34,502 nt of DNA from Candidatus Aenigmatarchaeota archaeon (lineage in GTDB: Archaea > Aenigmatarchaeota > Aenigmatarchaeia > CG10238-14): the NCBI GenBank assembly GCA_014728985.1, contig WJKS01000015.1, forward strand, positions 1 through 34,502. Reading direction: 5' to 3'. Under the pieces are notes generated by a model. That model made no database searches. It saw only the letters and a list, made by a program, of their open reading frames with translations, and was not told the origin of the DNA. Numbering within the stretch: position 1 is the stretch's first letter; each line of letters starts with the position of its first letter. The position numbers and the translations under genes were made by a program. Of the stretch, positions 1-8,725 are shown piece by piece.

Positions 1-3
1 GAG

Positions 4-75
4 AGCCCCCGGAGGGACTTGAACCCTCAACCTATTGCTTACAAGGCAATTGCTCTACCATTGAGCTACAGAGGC
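4..75 (-). tRNA. tRNA-Thr (anticodon UGU), no encoded CCA
   Basis: Reverse complement GCCTCTG-TA-GCTCAATGGTAGAGC-A-ATTGC-CTTGTAA-GCAAT-AGGTT-GAGGG-TTCAAGT-CCCTC-CGGGGGC-T folds as a cloverleaf; anticodon TGT. Confidence 0.95.
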
Positions 76-242
76 ATGACAAATAATACTTGTAAATAAT
101 TATTAAATCTTTTATCTAATTGTCACTTAATAAATTTACTATCAGATATAACAAAATACACTCTGAGATTTCCAGAAACATTCTTAAGGGTTCTTAAGAA
201 AAGGATTAAATGCTTAACATTGTTTGTATTTATTGATTAGTT

Positions 243-1829
243 ATGAAAACGAAGGTATTGTTAGGTGCAGTCTTTGGACTACTGTTAATGGCCAGTGCTT
301 TTGCACAAAATTCAGATTTTCAATTCAGTATCTCGCCAGAAGAATTATCGGTGAATCCTTATGAGATAGCTGTATATGATATACTAATAGAAAACCAAGG
401 TCAGGTAGACGAGGTTTATAGTATATCTATACAAGGTATACCAGAACTTTGGTATTCATTAAGTCATGAGGCAATTGAAGTTCCTTCTGGAGAGGAAAGA
501 GAAGTCTACTTATTTATTACACCCCAGCCTTCGGAAGAAGATGTTTATGTTGGGGAATTACTTGTTAATGGGATTTCTCAGACATTTCAATTAAATATAA
601 TCAAAGAGCATTCACTTCAGGTTTCAATGCCTAGTCAATTAACCTCATGTATATGTGAGCAGGATCAGACAATGATAGTTGTTCAGAATACAGGAAAATA
701 TGAGGAAAATATCGAACTGGTATTGTCTGGAGATGCATTAGAAATCATAGAAGTTGAAGCAGATATTTTTGTAGTCGAACCTAATGAATCCCTACAGATT
801 CCAGTTACAATCAAAGAAGCATGTGAAACTGAACAAAGAAACTACAATTTGGAAGTTAGAGTGGAATCAGTAAGTAGTTATGCGTCAGCATTTACTTTCT
901 CTACAGTCCAGAAAAAGGATTGCTTTGCTTTTGAGTTAAGTTATCCAGAGGAAGTCAGTACTTGTGCTAACGCAGAGCAATCGTTTAAGATATCTGTTAC
1001 AAATACCGGCATAAGGGAAGACAGTTATGAGATTGGTATCGAAGAATTAGGATATTCTGATATCATAGATCTAGAACCAGGACAAACACAGGAATTTGAG
1101 ATTACCTTTATGGAAGAAGAAGAGGGTATATATGGAATACCTTTCACTGTATCTTCAGATTCGGTTAGTAAAGATGGTCTGGTGAATTTTATAGTTGAGA
1201 GATGTTATGGTGTTGACCTTGAATTGGATACAGATGAGCTAACAATTGAATCAGGAAAAGGTAGACTGACAAACCCATCTGTAAAAAATACAGGAACAAG
1301 AGCTGATACATTCGGTATTACTTCAAGCGCAATTTGGATTGCTATAAGACCGTTGAACGTGACTTTGTTGCCAAATGAAACACAAGAAATCTTTGTTTAC
1401 TACAGTCCAGAATTTGGATCAGTCGGAGAGTTTGATGTTGAACTTTTGGTTGAATCCGAATATGCTCTTGACAGGGAAACAGTAACAGTAAATGTTGAAG
1501 GTGAAATTATAGAAACTACGACCTCAGTTCCTGAGGAAACAACAACTACAATTGAAGAAGCTACTACAACTGTGGAGATGAATATAACCACGCCTGAGGA
1601 AAACATTACAACTACAACAGAAGGCATAATAGAGCCACCAGAGATAAATATCACAAAACCAACAGGAGCTTTCACAAGAGTATGGAATAAAATACTGGAA
1701 TTTAGTGATAGTTTAAACGAAAGAGTAGAGGGATTAGGAATAAACAAAGTTCTATTATCAATAATAGTAGGATTTGTGATAGCTCTGATAATACTATTAG
1801 CACTTTACTTCATAGTTATGAGTGGTTAA
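243..1829 (+). CDS. Cell-surface protein with repeated Ig-like (COG1470/NPCBM-associated-like) domains, Thr/Glu-rich linker and C-terminal TM anchor
   Basis: N-terminal signal peptide, four repeated NxG...(D/E) beta-rich modules, ETTT/NITT linker, hydrophobic C-terminus. Confidence 0.75.
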   Translation: MKTKVLLGAVFGLLLMASAFAQNSDFQFSISPEELSVNPYEIAVYDILIENQGQVDEVYSISIQGIPELWYSLSHEAIEVPSGEEREVYLFITPQPSEEDVYVGELLVNGISQTFQLNIIKEHSLQVSMPSQLTSCICEQDQTMIVVQNTGKYEENIELVLSGDALEIIEVEADIFVVEPNESLQIPVTIKEACETEQRNYNLEVRVESVSSYASAFTFSTVQKKDCFAFELSYPEEVSTCANAEQSFKISVTNTGIREDSYEIGIEELGYSDIIDLEPGQTQEFEITFMEEEEGIYGIPFTVSSDSVSKDGLVNFIVERCYGVDLELDTDELTIESGKGRLTNPSVKNTGTRADTFGITSSAIWIAIRPLNVTLLPNETQEIFVYYSPEFGSVGEFDVELLVESEYALDRETVTVNVEGEIIETTTSVPEETTTTIEEATTTVEMNITTPEENITTTTEGIIEPPEINITKPTGAFTRVWNKILEFSDSLNERVEGLGINKVLLSIIVGFVIALIILLALYFIVMSG

Positions 1830-1830
1830 A

Positions 1831-1989
1831 ATGATAGAGATAATCTTATTGATTGCAAGTTTTTTGGTACTTGGAGCTGTAGCTTTAGAAGCAAAGGTAA
1901 AATCAAATTTAGGAAAATTCATCGTTTTAACAGGTCTTCTAGTGGGGGTAGTTGACCTAATATATGTGATAGTTAAACTACTCCGGTGA
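1831..1989 (+). CDS. 52-aa two-TM membrane protein (not in ORF track)
   Basis: MIEIILLIASFLVLGAVALEAKVKSNLGKFIVLTGLLVGVVDLIYVIVKLLR; fills the gap between neighbours, starting 1 nt after the upstream stop. Confidence 0.7.
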   Translation: MIEIILLIASFLVLGAVALEAKVKSNLGKFIVLTGLLVGVVDLIYVIVKLLR

Positions 1990-1997
1990 GGACAAAA

Positions 1998-2423
1998 ATG
2001 AAGACAAACAGTTTATTTGCATTTATTCTTACACTATTAGCTTTGGTAATGGTTATTGGATTATTCGGCTACATTGGTTACAGAGGTCTTTCTAAATATC
2101 TTTTGAGAAGACCACAATACTGTGAGCAGTTTTCCGTTGACTTAGAACCAGAAATGCATTCTGCGGAACTAGAGGTAGGAAAAGGGAAATTGATCAAGGT
2201 TAAAATTACTAATAAAGGCTTTGAAGACGAATTTAGAATAGGTTTCGAAGGCCCTGAATGGATTGCCACAAGACCTGTTAAAGTAAGGTTGGATCAAGGA
2301 GAAACCGAAGAAATATTTGTCTATATGAGTCCTGGTGTTGATTCTGAGGGTAGCTACACCTTGATGGTTTTCGTTGAAAGTTATTGTGGAAGAGAAGAGA
2401 CTGAAATTAGGGTTACTGTCTGA
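1998..2423 (+). CDS. Membrane-anchored single Ig-like domain protein, paralogous to the last domain of 243..1829
   Basis: GGTGAGG SD before ATG 1998; N-terminal TM; shares GKG(K/R)L, WIAxRP and ETxEIFVYxSP motifs with the upstream protein. Confidence 0.75.
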   Translation: MKTNSLFAFILTLLALVMVIGLFGYIGYRGLSKYLLRRPQYCEQFSVDLEPEMHSAELEVGKGKLIKVKITNKGFEDEFRIGFEGPEWIATRPVKVRLDQGETEEIFVYMSPGVDSEGSYTLMVFVESYCGREETEIRVTV

Positions 2424-2464
2424 TTTATTGAAAACTTTATATATCTCTATTCTAACTACTGGTT

Positions 2465-3388
2465 ATGATTAACCCAAAATTAAAGCAATTACTGGAAAAA
2501 CAGGGTTACAGATTCTCAGGAAATCATAGCGTGGTTAAAACCTGTAGATGGACCAGGAATAGCCTACGTGGTAAAGGCGTTTGTTATAAAGAAAAGTGGT
2601 ATCCTCCTGTAAAGAGTCATAGGTGCATGCAGATGTCACCGTCATTATTTTGTAACCACAACTGCCTCTTCTGTTGGCGCTTACATTCAGGAGATAGGGG
2701 GGTTTCCTGGAAAGAATCTTTCAAAGGAATTAAGTTAGATGATCCCAGAGAAATTCTGGAAAAATCAATCGAGCAAAGAAAATTACTTTTACAGGGTTAT
2801 AAGGGATGGGAAGGAATAGATAAGAAAAAATGGAAAGAATCCTTGAAACCGAATATAATTGCAATAAGTCTTACTGGGGAACCGACTATGTATCCTAGGT
2901 TAGGAGAATTAATCCAGGAGGCACATAAGAAAAATATAATAACATTCCTTGTAACTAATGGAACTTTTCCTGAGAAATTGAAGACTTTAGAAGAGAACCC
3001 ATTCCAATTATATGTAACATTGGCCGCACCTAATAAGGAGGTCTATAAGAATCTTTGTAAACCATCCACACCAAAGCTCTGGGAAAAGTTGAATGAAACC
3101 CTAGAGTTGATGAATTCCTTTGATTGTAGAAAAGTCGTCAGGTTAACAATGGTTAAAGGCTTCAATATGACGAAACCAAAGGAATATGTAAAATTAATAG
3201 AGAAGATCAATCCTGATTTTATTGAGGCCAAAGGTTATGTTCATGTGGGAGAATCAAGGAAAAGATTGCCTCATGATGCTATGCCTTATCATGAGGATGT
3301 TAGAGATTTTTCAAAAGAATTAGAGAAGGCTTCATCTTTTGAAATCAAGGACGAATCTGAGCCTAGTAGGGTAGTTTTAATGACGTAA
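2465..3388 (+). CDS. taw1: 4-demethylwyosine synthase (TYW1/Taw1), radical SAM tRNA-modifying enzyme
   Basis: HSVVKTCRW, CYKEKWY, SHRCMQMSP, CNHNCLFCWR (CxxxCxxC), AISLTGEPT, KGYVHVGESR motifs. Confidence 0.93.
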   Translation: MINPKLKQLLEKQGYRFSGNHSVVKTCRWTRNSLRGKGVCYKEKWYPPVKSHRCMQMSPSLFCNHNCLFCWRLHSGDRGVSWKESFKGIKLDDPREILEKSIEQRKLLLQGYKGWEGIDKKKWKESLKPNIIAISLTGEPTMYPRLGELIQEAHKKNIITFLVTNGTFPEKLKTLEENPFQLYVTLAAPNKEVYKNLCKPSTPKLWEKLNETLELMNSFDCRKVVRLTMVKGFNMTKPKEYVKLIEKINPDFIEAKGYVHVGESRKRLPHDAMPYHEDVRDFSKELEKASSFEIKDESEPSRVVLMT

Positions 3389-3456
3389 TAAGAATCGTTC
3401 GGTCCTCACCTAACATAATAGTAAGTAATTTTAAACCTAACTAACAATTAATTCTT

Positions 3457-3975
3457 ATGTCAAATGAAGATGAAGAAGTTTTAAAGGCCTTAGTTTCAGA
3501 TACAAGGAGAGATATAGTAAAAAGACTGTCAGACGGGGACAGGACACCTTCTGATCTAAGTAAAATGTTGGATAAAAGTAAATCCACGGTAGTAGAACAT
3601 TTGGACAAATTGATTAAGGCTGGTTTGGTAGAAAAAATCGAGAGACCCGGTAGAAAATGGGTTTTCTACTCATTAACGAGAAAAGGAGAATCATATGTTT
3701 CCCAGAAATCAAAGAAATTAATTATAATTCTATCATCAGTGTTTATCTCATTGTTAGGAGGAGTATTTTCATTGTTCAAACATATGTCTGTAACACCCCA
3801 AAAAGCTAACGTGGAAAGACAATTGATGGAAGCAGTCACTGAAGGAGCAGCCATGGATGCTATGACTTCTAGTACACCTTGGTTTCTTTATCTGTCAATA
3901 GGTTTGTTTAGCTTGTCTTTAATTGGAATATTTGTTATAATATTAATGAAGAGAAAGAGGATGGTTGAAATATGA
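3457..3975 (+). CDS. ArsR-family winged-HTH regulator with two C-terminal TM helices
   Basis: KALVSDTRRDIVKRL...SKSTVVEHLDKLIKAGLV...KWVFYSLT followed by two hydrophobic segments. Confidence 0.85.
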   Translation: MSNEDEEVLKALVSDTRRDIVKRLSDGDRTPSDLSKMLDKSKSTVVEHLDKLIKAGLVEKIERPGRKWVFYSLTRKGESYVSQKSKKLIIILSSVFISLLGGVFSLFKHMSVTPQKANVERQLMEAVTEGAAMDAMTSSTPWFLYLSIGLFSLSLIGIFVIILMKRKRMVEI

Positions 3976-4265
3976 GGGAATTAATAGTTTTTTCGTCGAT
4001 ACTTTTGCCAGTAATTGTTCTTAGCGGATGTACCCAAGAAGTGGCTGTAGATAAGTTCTATTGTGAGAGCGACAACGATTGTGTACATTTACCTTCAGCT
4101 TGTCATCAAGGTTCAAATTTATGTGTTAATGGAGTTTATGCTTCTAAAATAGATTTACCCGATGGACCTATTGCATGTACCGAGGAATGCAGGTCATGTA
4201 CGGAATGTTTCTGTGAAAATAACGTGTGTAAAACAATAACTTCAGATCCTCCAGGTTGCTGTTAA
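3972..4265 (+). CDS. Small Cys-rich lipoprotein
   Basis: Lipobox-like VLSGC, FYCESDNDCV and CENNVC motifs; ATGA overlap with the upstream stop. Confidence 0.75.
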   Translation: MRELIVFSSILLPVIVLSGCTQEVAVDKFYCESDNDCVHLPSACHQGSNLCVNGVYASKIDLPDGPIACTEECRSCTECFCENNVCKTITSDPPGCC

Positions 4266-4481
4266 ATGAGAATAAAACTAATAATTTTCATTATAATAAT
4301 TTTGTTACCAGTTTCATTTTTAATTATTTTCAATGACTCTAGATGGGAATACATTGATTGCTTAAATGAATGTAATAAGGGAAATAATGTACCTAGGGAA
4401 TTATGTAATTACCCTATGGTCCAGAAGTTAATTGATCATGGTAAGTGTTGGTGGAGTGATATGACACCTTTGCCCGATTAA
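4266..4481 (+). CDS. Small secreted or membrane-anchored Cys-containing protein
   Basis: N-terminal hydrophobic helix, 4 Cys, abuts the upstream stop. Confidence 0.6.
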   Translation: MRIKLIIFIIIILLPVSFLIIFNDSRWEYIDCLNECNKGNNVPRELCNYPMVQKLIDHGKCWWSDMTPLPD

Positions 4482-4999
4482 TTTGTTTTAATTTCCTTGC
4501 CCTTTCTTTTAGGAACTATCCTAACTTTACCACCGAATTTCTTATTAATTTCATTTCCTTGAAAATATCTATCAAGAAATACAGCAAGAGCAGCTATTTC
4601 GCTATGAGGTTGATTTCCTACAGCCACTTGAATATCACAAAAATCATAAACGTCTCCGGGTACCTTCTGACTACCAATAATTACAAGTAAATTGCTCTTA
4701 CCCCTTATTTCACCAATAGCTTCAGGAAGATTGATACCATACATTGTCAGGTAAACCACGAAATATCCCTTGTTTTTGAAGTTTTTAACCAATTTTCCCC
4801 AGTTTTTTTCGTATTTGACCTTGAAATTCCCTCCCCATTTATCCACGATCCTTTCAACTGATTCTATCAAGCCCTTATCCCTCTGTCCCGAGAAAATTAT
4901 CCCATCGGCTCCCAGGGCCCTTGAAACTAGGCCACAATGTGTAGAAACCCTTTCATCTCTAGGTAACCTGTGTCCTAAGCGCAATATCCAGACAGACAT
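4478..4999 (-). CDS. trm56: tRNA (cytidine(56)-2'-O)-methyltransferase aTrm56 (SPOUT)
   Basis: LRLGHRLPRDERVSTH, LTMYG, IGSQKVP, NQPHSEIAALAVFLDR. Confidence 0.95.
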   Translation of the reverse strand: MSVWILRLGHRLPRDERVSTHCGLVSRALGADGIIFSGQRDKGLIESVERIVDKWGGNFKVKYEKNWGKLVKNFKNKGYFVVYLTMYGINLPEAIGEIRGKSNLLVIIGSQKVPGDVYDFCDIQVAVGNQPHSEIAALAVFLDRYFQGNEINKKFGGKVRIVPKRKGKEIKTN

Positions 5000-5052
5000 A
5001 CCATTATTTTAAATCCCAAACAGTTATAAATCTACCAACCTAAGCATTACTA

Positions 5053-5379
5053 TTGGTGATAATTATAGCAAGAAAAAGACCAGAAATATCTGAAGAAGAA
5101 GAGATTAGGAGAATAAGAAGACCTGAAGAAGGACAAGTTTATGCGGTAGTTGAGCAAATGCTGGGCTCAGATAAATTAAGAGTACAGTGTGAGGACGGAA
5201 AAGAGAGAATAGCAAGAATCCCAGGGAGAATGAGAAAAAGAATATGGATCAGAGTAGGAGATTTAATTTTAGTTGATCCATGGAAAGTCCAGAGTGATAG
5301 CCGCTGTGATGTTGCTTGGAGATATAGCCCTACACAGGCGAGATGGATAAGAAGGAAAGGAATCCTAAAAAACATTTAG
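5053..5379 (+). CDS. eif1a: Translation initiation factor aIF-1A (start uncertain: TTG 5053, ATT 5062 or ATA 5065)
   Basis: VEQMLG...CEDGKERIARIPGRMRKRIWIRVGDLILVDPW...WRY motif. Confidence 0.95.
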   Translation: MVIIIARKRPEISEEEEIRRIRRPEEGQVYAVVEQMLGSDKLRVQCEDGKERIARIPGRMRKRIWIRVGDLILVDPWKVQSDSRCDVAWRYSPTQARWIRRKGILKNI

Positions 5380-5750
5380 GATTTCCATAAACCATGGATG
5401 TTACAATATTCCCTTACTTCTATATTTTCTGGACTAATTTCAAATTCTACTTCCGGTTTTTGTCCAGGTTTTAAGAATTTTCTGCAACTGTTACCGTCTA
5501 CTAATACTTCGACCCATTCTATGTAATGTTCTTCTTCCATTGGGTGTGGTGTTGAACCCACTTTAACTTTGAATCCTTTATCTGTTTTTTCAACTACTGG
5601 AACGTGTTTCTCAAGCCCTTTGTCCTCCGTTTTTTCTTCTAGTAATTCCATAGGTTGAGCACAACATACAAGTTGAGCCGGTCCTTTGTGTATAACCTGA
5701 ACCATGTTTCCGCAAATATTACATTTGTAAATACCTAGTAATTCTGTCAT
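5376..5750 (-). CDS. dfx: Desulfoferrodoxin (two-iron superoxide reductase)
   Basis: YKCNICGN...LVCC desulforedoxin domain plus EKHVP, HPMEEEHYIEW, YCNIHGLW. Confidence 0.95.
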   Translation of the reverse strand: MTELLGIYKCNICGNMVQVIHKGPAQLVCCAQPMELLEEKTEDKGLEKHVPVVEKTDKGFKVKVGSTPHPMEEEHYIEWVEVLVDGNSCRKFLKPGQKPEVEFEISPENIEVREYCNIHGLWKS

Positions 5751-5758
5751 CTAATCAC

Positions 5759-6253
5759 CTAGGTACATTCGCATGTGCCCATATCTTCTGCTAAAGCTTC
5801 CAGATCTTCTTCATGTTCTACTTCATCCTCAAGTATTTGTAAGAACATTTTATGTGATATTGGGTCTTTACCTTCTGTCATTTTGACTAGTTCCTGATAG
5901 ACCTTAATCGCACATTGTTCACCTTTTATATTCTGTTCAAGTATTTTCTTTACTTCAGGATCTTCTGGGCTCTCATATCCACAGTTGGTCATTTTATACC
6001 AATTTTCTGGTTTTATTATTGGAGTTCCACCCAGTTGTATTATTCTATCAACTAGCATATTTGCATGATCTAATTCCTCGTTCGCATGTTCTACTAACTC
6101 AGCTTCCACCGCTCCCCTCATTGGTCCCACTAAGACTTTAGATCCAATCCAGTATTGGTAATAAGCTAACCATTCATCAGCAAGAGCCTTGTTCATTTCT
6201 TCCACTAGCTTTTCCACATCTAATCCTACTATTTTTCTACCTATCGTTCCCAT
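5759..6253 (-). CDS. Ferritin-like Dps-like (DpsL/bacterioferritin-related) protein
   Basis: ALADEWLAYYQYW, EELDHA, RIIQLGGTP, GEQCAI, DEVEHE diiron motifs. Confidence 0.85.
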   Translation of the reverse strand: MGTIGRKIVGLDVEKLVEEMNKALADEWLAYYQYWIGSKVLVGPMRGAVEAELVEHANEELDHANMLVDRIIQLGGTPIIKPENWYKMTNCGYESPEDPEVKKILEQNIKGEQCAIKVYQELVKMTEGKDPISHKMFLQILEDEVEHEEDLEALAEDMGTCECT

Positions 6254-6286
6254 TTATTTACACCTCATTCATTTGATTAACATTAT

Positions 6287-6550
6287 TTAGTTATTATTTT
6301 TCAACTTCTCAAATTTAACAGTAGCACCCTTTTCAATCTCTTTTATTTTACCAATTTTAGTTTTTAGATTGTTATCTTCCAGTAAAATTTTCAAATCATC
6401 GAAATAATCATAGAATCCGCAAGTTCTACAAAAGGCTCCTGTAAATCTGACTTTGAAATCATTTTTTTTATTCGAAACTAATTCTGCAGTTGCCACTGGG
6501 GATCTTAATTCATTAAATTCTTTAATTATCTTCTCAATATCATTTCCCAT
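6287..6550 (-). CDS. Conserved archaeal hypothetical protein with FCxTCGxYDY motif
   Basis: Start moved to ATG 6550 (TAGGTGATTTA-ATG, SD overlapping the rubrerythrin stop); CxxC motif. Confidence 0.7.
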   Translation of the reverse strand: MGNDIEKIIKEFNELRSPVATAELVSNKKNDFKVRFTGAFCRTCGFYDYFDDLKILLEDNNLKTKIGKIKEIEKGATVKFEKLKNNN

Positions 6551-6558
6551 TAAATCAC

Positions 6559-6960
6559 CTAATCCAAAGACTCCAACAATTTCTGACATGATTTCAAATG
6601 TCTTGACTCAGCTTTACCAACCCTTTCAACCCATTTGGCTATGTCTTCATGTCCCTCTTCTCTAGCTTCTTTAACAATTTTTGGATACATGTTTTCAGTT
6701 TCATCCATTTCCTTCTCTATCGATATTTTCAAAGCATCTTTTACACCATTGACTTTAACCGAACCTAGTTTTGATAAATAAAATAAAAATCCCTTGGCGT
6801 GACATTCTTCACCTTTAGCAATGCTTCTAAACATATCCGAAACTTCTGGATAACCCAATTCATCGGCCATTTCCGAGAAGAAAATATATCTTAAATTAGC
6901 TTGACATTCTTTAACAAAAGCTTTTTTTAAATTCTCTTCAGTTTTTTTACTCATTAGCAA
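6559..6960 (-). CDS. Rubrerythrin-family protein (diiron domain only, no rubredoxin domain)
   Basis: KTEENLKKAF.KE.QANLRY, EECHA, E.ENMYP...AREEG, AESRH; GAGGTGA SD. Confidence 0.85.
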   Translation of the reverse strand: MLMSKKTEENLKKAFVKECQANLRYIFFSEMADELGYPEVSDMFRSIAKGEECHAKGFLFYLSKLGSVKVNGVKDALKISIEKEMDETENMYPKIVKEAREEGHEDIAKWVERVGKAESRHLKSCQKLLESLD

Positions 6961-6975
6961 TTTTCACCTCTTGAT

Positions 6976-7125
6976 TTAATCCATATCCATTCTTGGGTGC
7001 ATTCCAACTATATTTTCTATTCCTACTGCATCCCCATAAGCGACTCTAGATGGCTCAGATTCATACCGTTGATTTAGTCTCTCAAAATCTCTTTCATCTG
7101 ATTCAATTGACCACCTGTACTCCAT
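6976..7125 (-). CDS. 49-aa hypothetical protein inside the redox operon (not in ORF track)
   Basis: AAGGCGG SD then MEYRWSIESDERDFERLNQRYESEPSRVAYGDAVGIENIVGMHPRMDMD; fills the prx-rubrerythrin gap. Confidence 0.55.
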   Translation of the reverse strand: MEYRWSIESDERDFERLNQRYESEPSRVAYGDAVGIENIVGMHPRMDMD

Positions 7126-7136
7126 ATCAACCGCCT

Positions 7137-7802
7137 TTACATTTTCTTATGACATAACCACCAATCATAACATTCTATCTCACCGGATTTTTCCTGTTTC
7201 CTTCTTTCCTTTATTGTTTCTTCGTCTTTTGCTGGGGGTACAATCACTCTGTCCTTTATCAATTCGTTCTCAGGCCAATTAGCTGGTGTAGCAACTTTAT
7301 CACCGTCAACTGTTTGCAATGCCTTAACTATTCTCAGAACTTCATCCATATTTCTACCCGCTTCCTGAGGATAATATAATATAGTTCTAATGACCCCTCT
7401 CGGATCTATCACAAAGACCGCCCTAACTGTATTAGTTCCCTTACTTGGATGTACCATCCCGAACAAACTAGCAACCTTACCCATATCATCTGCAATTATC
7501 GGGAATTCTATTTTTACCTTCAATTTTTCATTTATCCATTCAGTCCATTTCATATGACTAAATACCTGGTCTATGCTAAGTCCGATTAATTCTGTGTTCA
7601 TTTTCTTGAATTTTTCATATCTTTTCTGAAAGGACACAAATTCTGTTGTACAGACGGGTGTAAAATCCGCCGGATGTGAGAATAGCACAACCCATTTACC
7701 TTTGTAATCATTTGGAAAGTTTATCATACCTTGAGTGGTTTGTATCTTAAATGATGGTGCCTTATCGCCTATTAACGGAAAATTTATTTTTTCTTGTTCC
7801 AT
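7137..7802 (-). CDS. Peroxiredoxin (archaeal Prx6/AhpC-TSA type)
   Basis: [28 protein letters not shown]-terminal CYDWWLC; GAGGTGA SD before ATG 7802. Confidence 0.95.
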   Translation of the reverse strand: MEQEKINFPLIGDKAPSFKIQTTQGMINFPNDYKGKWVVLFSHPADFTPVCTTEFVSFQKRYEKFKKMNTELIGLSIDQVFSHMKWTEWINEKLKVKIEFPIIADDMGKVASLFGMVHPSKGTNTVRAVFVIDPRGVIRTILYYPQEAGRNMDEVLRIVKALQTVDGDKVATPANWPENELIKDRVIVPPAKDEETIKERRKQEKSGEIECYDWWLCHKKM

Positions 7803-7822
7803 TTCATTCACCTCTATTATTA

Positions 7823-7874
7823 TATGTTCGATAAAATATATAAGTATGTTCGTTTATATAAGTTACATGGTTCG
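7823..7874. promoter_or_regulatory. Divergent promoter region with three GTTCG boxes at 22-bp spacing (candidate Lrp operator)
   Basis: GTTCG at 7826, 7848, 7870 interleaved with TATA-like ATATATAA/TTTATATA. Confidence 0.5.
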
Positions 7875-8289
7875 AATTTCAAACTTAAAGATATTAAATA
7901 TTCTTCAGGATAACTCAAGAACACCTTTTATTGAAATCGCAAAAAGGTTAGGAGTTACAGATACAGCTATTAGAAAAAGGATTAATAAAATGGAGAAATT
8001 AGGGATTATAAGAAAATATACAGTAGAAGTTGACCCCAAGAAGATAGGATACCCGGTAGATGCTCTTATAGGTATAGACACAGAGCCAGAGTATTATATT
8101 TCTATGATTGAACGACTGAAAGATATGAAAATAATAAGGAAACTGTTCTCTTCGAGCGGAGACCATATGATTATGATGGAATGCTGGTTTAAAGCATCCC
8201 AGGAACTCAGAGATTTCGTGAAAAAATTAGAATCTATCCAGGGAGTCACTCGAGTTTGTCCCGCGATAATACTTGAAAGGATTAAATAA
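7867..8289 (+). CDS. lrpA: Lrp/AsnC regulator, LrpA-like
   Basis: SRTPFIEIAKRLGVTDTAIRKRI HTH; SSGDHMIM and VCPAIILE recall Pyrococcus LrpA; start set at ATG 7867. Confidence 0.85.
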   Translation: MVRISNLKILNILQDNSRTPFIEIAKRLGVTDTAIRKRINKMEKLGIIRKYTVEVDPKKIGYPVDALIGIDTEPEYYISMIERLKDMKIIRKLFSSSGDHMIMMECWFKASQELRDFVKKLESIQGVTRVCPAIILERIK

Positions 8290-8322
8290 CGTAATACTAT
8301 ATTTTAAATTAGAGGTGGGTTT

Positions 8323-8628
8323 GTGGGATTGGTTAAAGAATTTATGGATTTTCTCAAAGAGTACAATACAATATCATTAGCAATAGCTTTCATAATAGGT
8401 GCTGCGTTAACAACCCTGGTACAATCGTTGGTTAATGATGTAGTAATGCCTTTTGTAACGCCACTGATTCCAGGAGGAGAATGGCAGGAAGCAACATTGG
8501 CTTTAGGTCCGATTATGATTAAATGGGGATCATTTCTGAGCTCTTTGATAAATTTTGTAATAATAGCTTTTGTGGTATTTGTGATTGCGAAAAAAGTATT
8601 AAAGGAAGAGAAAGTTAAGAAGAAATAG
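8323..8628 (+). CDS. mscL: Large-conductance mechanosensitive channel MscL
   Basis: EFMDFLKEYN..SLAIAFIIGAA...VQSLVNDVVMP, GSFLSSLINFVIIAFVVF. Confidence 0.9.
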   Translation: MGLVKEFMDFLKEYNTISLAIAFIIGAALTTLVQSLVNDVVMPFVTPLIPGGEWQEATLALGPIMIKWGSFLSSLINFVIIAFVVFVIAKKVLKEEKVKKK

Positions 8629-8637
8629 GTTAAAATC

Positions 8638-8725
8638 GGAATTTAACAAAGTCGCCGAAGACGATTTGGAAGAATGAGGATTGATTCTGGTGAACTATGA
8701 ATGAGCCTTCAAATTCCCGTTATGC
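8638..8725 (-). repeat. Degenerate attC-like imperfect palindrome (distal site)
   Basis: Minus strand GCATAAC-GGGAATTT...CCAAATCGTCTTCGGCGACTTT-GTTAAAT-TCC; GGAATTT 8638-8644 pairs with AAATTCC 8711-8717. Confidence 0.4.

Noticed and set aside
181..200. TTCTTAAGGG-TTCTTAAGAA tandem/palindrome upstream of the surface protein gene
   Set aside because: Short and AT-rich, single occurrence; could be an operator but cannot be supported.
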